DNA of 64,000 nt from Monocercomonoides exilis PA203. Taxonomy: Eukaryota; Protista; Preaxostyla. Every line of letters starts with the position of its first letter. Within the stretch, counting starts at the first letter, position 1. A program made the position numbers and the translations under genes. The stretch is taken from the NCBI GenBank assembly GCA_001643675.2, contig LSRY02000021.1, positions 372,001 to 436,000 on the forward strand, read 5' to 3'. Under the pieces are notes generated by a model. It worked only from the letters and a program-made list of their open reading frames with translations, did no database searches and was not told the origin of the DNA. Positions 57,801 through 64,000 of this stretch are shown here, in pieces.

Positions 57801-60800
57801 CTGGCACTCTGCATCGACTCTTCCACACTCACAGCAGCTGTCCCTCTGTTGTATGATGTTGTTAGCAGAGTCATCCATTTCGAGCATTGCAAACAGTGCA
57901 GGAACTATCAATCGCTTTCATTGTATTCACAGGGAAGAATGAAGAGAGGCAGTTTTATTGAAATCATTCCACACAGCCGCTCGCCTCACATTCTATCTGA
58001 TTTGCCTACTCCATTCACATCTCCTTCATTCAGTTCTGTTTATTCGTCTTTTCCTTTATGCTTCACCGCACTTTCATTTTTCAGAGACCTTTTTGTTCTC
58101 CACATCATCAAATCTCAGTCGTCATCATCATCATCTTCTTCTTCTACTGCTCCTCCTGCATTTCAGCCAATGTTTGCTTGCTCTCAACAGCCATTTTCGC
58201 TTGACTCAACTGAATTCTTCACTTCCTCGCTGGCTTTGTCACCTGTCCCATCTGACTCTTCATCATCTCATTCTGCTCAGATCACATCATCATCTTCGTA
58301 TTCTTCCACTTTGTCTGTCTCATCTTCTTTGGAAAACTATCTCATCCGCTTCACCACAAAATGCATATCAACATTGTCATCTCTGCTTTCTTCACCTCAA
58401 AATGCGTCTATTCTCTCCATCAATCTCCTCTCCCTCATCATTTCTGAAGTCGTCACAAACTTCTCATCCAATCTACCTCGCTTAGCTTTCTCTCTCTCTT
58501 CTGCATTTGATTCTCTCCCTATTTCTGCATTCACGTCACCTCTTGCCACTCAAAATGCTTCATTTCATTCACTTTCTTCACTTCGCCAAACAGTTCACTC
58601 TCTTTGTGACTCATTTTGCCCTGTTCGGTGGGCTTCTTCCACTTCATCTACAAAATCTTCTTCTTCCTCTTCGTCTTCATCTCCCTTTAAAGCTCAATCT
58701 TCTCCTTCAACTACTTCTTCTTCTTCTTCTTCTTCTTCCTCTTCTCTATTCTCCCCCTTATCTCCTTCATCTCCCCTATCCTCTGTCAATTCAACCACCT
58801 CATTTATCACAGTCACCATGTCGCCTCATCAGTACCCTTCACCAGCCTCTCATTCTTTGTCTTCTATTCGCCACTCTTCCCGCGAATTCCTTCGCCTCTT
58901 AACTGATCGCCACGATTCTCTCCTCTTCCTCCACTCTGCTTTCTCCTCCTTCATCACACTCTGCTTTGCCCCCGCAGACACAGTCACTTCGCCTGCAGCA
59001 GCTCAGTTCAGCGGGGCAGGCGAAGACGGCAGAGAGCACAGAGCGAAAGGGGAGCAGGCGAGGAGAGCGCAGTTGGAGCAGATGGTGCTGCTGCAGATGA
59101 AGAGAAGACAGCAGAGGCGCAAGAGACACATGGGCTATGCTGCTGCTGCTGATGGGTCAGGGAGAGCATTCACGAGCATCGGCGATGGAGAAAGTGATGG
59201 TGGTGATTCGAGTGAAGGATTCGAAGGATCCAACAGTGAATATTCAGAAGTTAGCGGAAGGAGGAACGAGCCAATGATCATTTCAGACTCAGAAAGCGTG
59301 CCGAGCAACATCGGTGCAATTGAAGATAAAGCAAAAGACGGAAGCTTCAACTCTTTTGTTGCCTCTGCTATTCCGTCGCATTCGTCGGGTTCTGTTCTTT
59401 CTTCTTCGGGTGAGCCTTTTGTCTACTCACCGAAGTCTCCAATGGATAGAAGCATTCCAATGCTGAAGAGAGACTCTGGCTCAATGAATGCTGATGCCTT
59501 TGGACCGTCATCTCCTTTGCAACTTCTTCACAAGTCTTCTTCTTCTTCACTCAATTCAGTCAATTCACTGGGACACACTTTTTCCTCTGCCTCTTCTCCT
59601 TCTCCTTCTTCTCATTCAAAAGATTCACAAAAACTGTCAAAACTGGAAGCTCCCACGGATTCAGAATTCGTTTCGTTTGTGTTTGAGTGCGAAAAGATGG
59701 GGAAGATGGGTGATTTGCTGTTTACTCTCCCTCCCATTGAAGATCTGCAGTTCATTGCAGCTGTCATTTCCCACTCGTGGGCTGCTATATCAGCACTCAG
59801 TCGCACTTCTTCGTGGAGTGCGCCTGTTGATCAGTTCCAAAATACCAGTCAAAGCAACTTGCCTTCTTCGACTTCTCCTTCTTCCTCTCCTGGGCTGGTT
59901 GCAGCAAAGGTCAATAGTCCATTGAGCAGCTCCATTCTTCAACCTTCATCTTCATTCAGCAGAGATAAATCCAATTCACAAGACATTTTGGCTGCAGCTT
60001 CAAATATATCGAGGCATCTTGTTCTCAATCCTTCGTTTGTGAGCATTCTCTGCATCATCTTCCATCTCATTCTGCGTTCAGCTGATCCTTCACACTCAGC
60101 ACGGCAGCTTGCATTCAAATCTCTCGGGGCAATCGGCTTCTTCTCGCCAACAATGGCATCATCGCTGGCAATGGTGCAAACAGTGCCTCTTCCGCCTTTC
60201 TCTTCTGACAACACACAACTTTACTATTCTCTCCTCAAATTGCTTCTCTCTCTTCTTTTCTCTTCTTCCTCAATTTCCCCCATTGGATCTGTCGATATCT
60301 GGCTGACTGCAGCGTCCACACTCCGAAGAGTGCTGCAGCTGGAAAAGGGAGTCATGAGCGATGTGCTGGCGATGCTGGACAGCGACGAGAGGGAACTGCT
60401 GCTGATGTTCAGAGAAAACAGAGTGTGGGAACAGGCCCTACGTGCTAGAGACAGAGCAGAGAACGGAGCTTCGAAGGAATCTGGAAGAGGAAGAGGAGCG
60501 AGGGGGAGAGGGAGAGGTGGCAGAGGAAGGAAGAGCGAAGCTAACCAGTTTGAGGAGATGAAAGACGAAAGAGCAGACGAGATGGATGTGGAAGAAGGAA
60601 GCGAAGCTCAACACACAATCGCAGTTCAAAATCAAAAGCTTCTGAAAGCAATTAGCTTATTGTTTTCTCCAAATCCATATTGCTCACTGCTTTTGCCTGC
60701 TTTGCCTGCGACTCAAAAAGGGAATGTATATATTTCTGCTGATTGTTCACAAGAACTCTATTTGAATTCGCTGCAATCTGTTCCGAACTTGTATTTGTTC

Positions 60801-63800
60801 TCTTCTTCTATTCTGCCTTCATCAAGTTCGTTTCTTCCTCTTCCTTTGCCCCACTCGCTTTCTTTCAGCTTGTGGGTGCGCTTATTCTTCTTGTCGCTCG
60901 CCAAAATATGTAAAAATCCAGTCATTTCTTCGCTTTCCCAGCTTTGCTCAGTCTCAGAGATGTTTTCTGTGAAATTCGCTTTGCAGATTTTGTTGAATGC
61001 TGTCTTGTCTGACCCAATCATCGTTCTGGATTCGCTGCACGCTTTCTTTGCAATTGTGTTTGCCTCGTTTTCTCATCGAAGCCTTCCTCCTTACATTTAT
61101 CTCGCAAATAATCCTCCTTCAAAACAAGAGACCTCAGCATTGTCTCCTTCATCTTCTTCATCTCCCACTTCTTCTTCTTATCCTTCTTCACAGGCCCAAC
61201 TCATCACTAATCCACCAAAGGGAACAATCTCTCAGGAGATATTTTCGTTTCTCATTCAACTCTTTGACTCCATCCAACAACATGACACAATCTGCATGCT
61301 TTCTTCCTCACTATCTGTTCCACATCTTTCGGTCTATCAATCCCACAGCTCTTCTTATTTCTCTGCTCTTGATGTGTTTGAGCGCAGCCTAACACCAGAA
61401 GCTGTGCAGCCCACCCAGCAGCAGACACTCTGGGCAGCACTGCGAGTGGATGTGTTTGAGATTGCGCAAGCTGGTGTGAAATGTGGATTGCTTACAACAT
61501 CCCTGCTGCTGTTTGAGAGATGGTGCTCGATTGTGATGGAGCTGTCATTTGTGAATCTGAGGGAGCATGCACTGCAAAAAGTGAGAGAAGAAGATCGAAG
61601 ACTGAAGAGCGCAGGAGGAAGGGGCAAAGAAAAAGATGGGAATGCATTTGGTGAAGAAAGAGAAACAAGATCCAGAAGAAGAGGAGCTGAAGAAGAGATG
61701 CTGCAACTGATGGGTACAAGCAGACACGCAAACGAGAGCAAAACTGGGAAAGAGTTGGACAAGTATACAATTATGTTTGAGGTCTGCCGCGATTATTTTG
61801 ACAACCCTTCTGCGTTGCTGTCTGTTGTGATATGGAACGGGCAGTTTGGCGATGTGGCAGGGCAGATAATGTGCAAGTGCTATTCGTGCTTGAATGACTG
61901 TGATGGCATCGAAGGAGTGATTGGTCGAGTGGGCGAAGAGAGAGTAGAACAGAGTGTGATCATTGCGATGCACAACAAAAAGTGGGAAGAAGCAATCGGA
62001 GTGTGCGAATCAAGACTTTCTGAGGCGATCGATCTGAAGCACAGAAGCAGGGCTAGAGATAACAGTTACGCTCAAGAAAGGTATTCTGATGACAGAAACA
62101 GTATGCAGACTCGTATTCCTTTTTCCACAAACACAGAGGGAGGGCAAATCGAACAATATGACAATCTCAGTCGAATCTCTTCTTTTGGAGATTCTTCTTC
62201 AATCGCCTTGCTTTCTCCGTTAACTCCGTCTATTGCTTACTCTCGTACCTCTTCATTTGCTGCTCTTTCTTCTATTTCTCAGCCTCTGGGACGCCTACAT
62301 TCACTCAGCGATCCATCATCTTCTGCTGGCTCTTTTGGTGCATCAAAAAGCGTGCCATCAACAGTGTTGCCTCCTGCACAGCACTCTGTTTCAGAAGCAA
62401 ACAGTACGAGATCAAACTCTTTGTCTAATGATTCCTCATCTCCTTCATCATCATCATCTTCTTCTTCTTCGCTTTATCCGCTTCTGTCTTCTTCAAAACT
62501 CACGCTGAATCTTCTGAAATGTCTGCAGCGAGCTGGATACTCATCTCTGTTGGAGACATCGCTTGCTTCTCTGTCTGAATGCGATGTTCAACTTTCTAAT
62601 TTTTCAGAAGACACTCGCGAGATCATCTTCTCTTCTGCATGGCAGTCGATGACGCGCTGGGATGAAAGTGAAAAGCGGTTTTCATATGGTTATGATAAAG
62701 CTGTTGGTGAGAATTCAAGCAAAAGGAGAAGAAACTTATCAAATCAAACGAGGAAGCAGTGTATCAGTTCGCCTTCTTCTCTCACTTCAATATTTTCTGT
62801 GCCAAAAGCTTATTCTCAATTAGGAGTTACTTCATCCATGTGGAATGATGAGGCTTATCAGGAGCAATTCCCTTCATTCCACGGGTCTTTGTATCAGTTC
62901 TTCTGCTCGCTAGGCCAAAGAGAAGTGAATGACGAGACAGAACACATTCTCAGAGCAATTCGAAGCATACTGAAGCAACAGACAGTTTCAGAAGAATCAA
63001 ATTGCGATGCACTGAATGAACTGACAAGCTCTGCAATTACTGTAAATGAAATTGATTCATTACATTCAACATTGAAAGAGCATATCATCAGCAAGTTCAG
63101 CAAATCGACTACTGTAGCAAAGGAGCATCCGTATCGTTCTCTATTATTCCCCTTGGCTCCAACGACAAAAACAGGATCAATTCCCAAAGACTTAAAAATC
63201 GCTCCTTCATCTACTGGTTTGTTTGATGAGAATAGAGGAATGACATTGTCAAGCCATTGCGCAAGCCCACAGAGAAGATGGCTGCAGCACGTTTCAACAC
63301 ATTCAATATCTGATATCGGACTTCGTTTTGGTTCCTATGAGCATGCAGAAATGATCTTGCGGGCAAGAAAAGTCGGAATGGAAGCAATGTCGTGGAAGGA
63401 TGCAATTCCTGCCCAACTCACAACACTTGCTCGCTTGGCACGAAAAGAAGGACTTCTTACAACTGCCACAAAAACAAACAGAGAAATATTGAGATTACTG
63501 GATGATACCACTGAACAACTCAGCAATACTAAGCAGCAGGAGGGCAATGCGTTGTCACCTCGAATGCTTTCAAGACATTCCAATAGCGTTTTGTCTCTGC
63601 CTCAAATATCACTCTTGCGACAGCAGGCGCAATCAGAACTAATGCTTGTTGCACGTCGTCGAGGGCTTTTGTCTTCTTCTTCTTTGGAAATGCCTCCTCC
63701 TCCAGCACCCGATCTCACTGGAATCGAAAACAGTTCTGAGAGTGCAGCGCTTCTTGGACTGTGGGTACGAACTGTAGTGCGAATGGGGAAATGGGTGACT

Positions 63801-64000
63801 GCACTTCACGGCAAGCCTTCTCAGCGTGTTATTGCAGAGTATTTGGAGCCGGCTGCCACAAAGGCTGTTCCGCATACGGAGGATTCTTGCAGAGCTTGGC
63901 ACAGATTGGGCAGGTTTACTGAGTCTCTGTACCAGATTCGAGTTGAACGGCTGTTCAGTTCAGAAATGAAAGATCAGGAAAGAGTGATGCAGAAGTATTT
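48829..64000 (+). CDS. ATM: ATM/Tel1-like PIKK protein, 3'-partial (kinase domain expected beyond the window)
   Basis: Exon 1 48829-50241, intron GTTTGT...CAAAG, then one frame apparently open from 50350 to the window end. FAT-like motifs LRVDVFEIAQAGVKCG..TSLLLFE, EIIFSSAWQSMTRWD, LARLARKEG and VIAEYLEPAA...AWHRLGRFTESLYQ...SSEMKDQ resemble ATM. Confidence 0.75.

Noticed and set aside
50387-63902. Dozens of short ORFs on both strands
   Set aside because: Shadow frames of the single long ATM-like exon, which the track omits because it has no stop inside the window.

Overview
Eukaryotic genomic DNA: AT-rich intergenic regions, short GT-AG introns, standard genetic code and many Ser-rich low-complexity proteins. 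The overall style suggests an oxymonad such as Monocercomonoides (inference only). Housekeeping genes reconstructed across introns: NAP/SET histone chaperone, thiamine pyrophosphokinase, S1+CCHC (ZCCHC17/pNO40-like) protein, prokaryotic-type glutamine synthetase I, S28 serine peptidase, SNU13/15.5K, an MFS transporter, a PABPN1-like RRM protein, and a greatly expanded ATM/Tel1-like PIKK that runs off the right edge. There is also a tRNA-Glu(TTC). Two transposon-rich islands stand out. (1) At about 2.6-6.6 kb, an intact, intron-containing pogo/Fot-like DD35D DNA transposon sits 7 bp upstream of the tRNA, tail-to-tail with a decayed relative. (2) At about 27.2-46.2 kb, a decayed pogo is wrapped in near-perfect ~500-bp inverted arms, followed by a second decayed relative, a decayed Merlin element, an intronless 3869-aa repeat/TM/pseudokinase receptor-like gene, and a TA-flanked foldback element with 494-bp arms. 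All calls come from reading the sequence by eye; no database searches were run.
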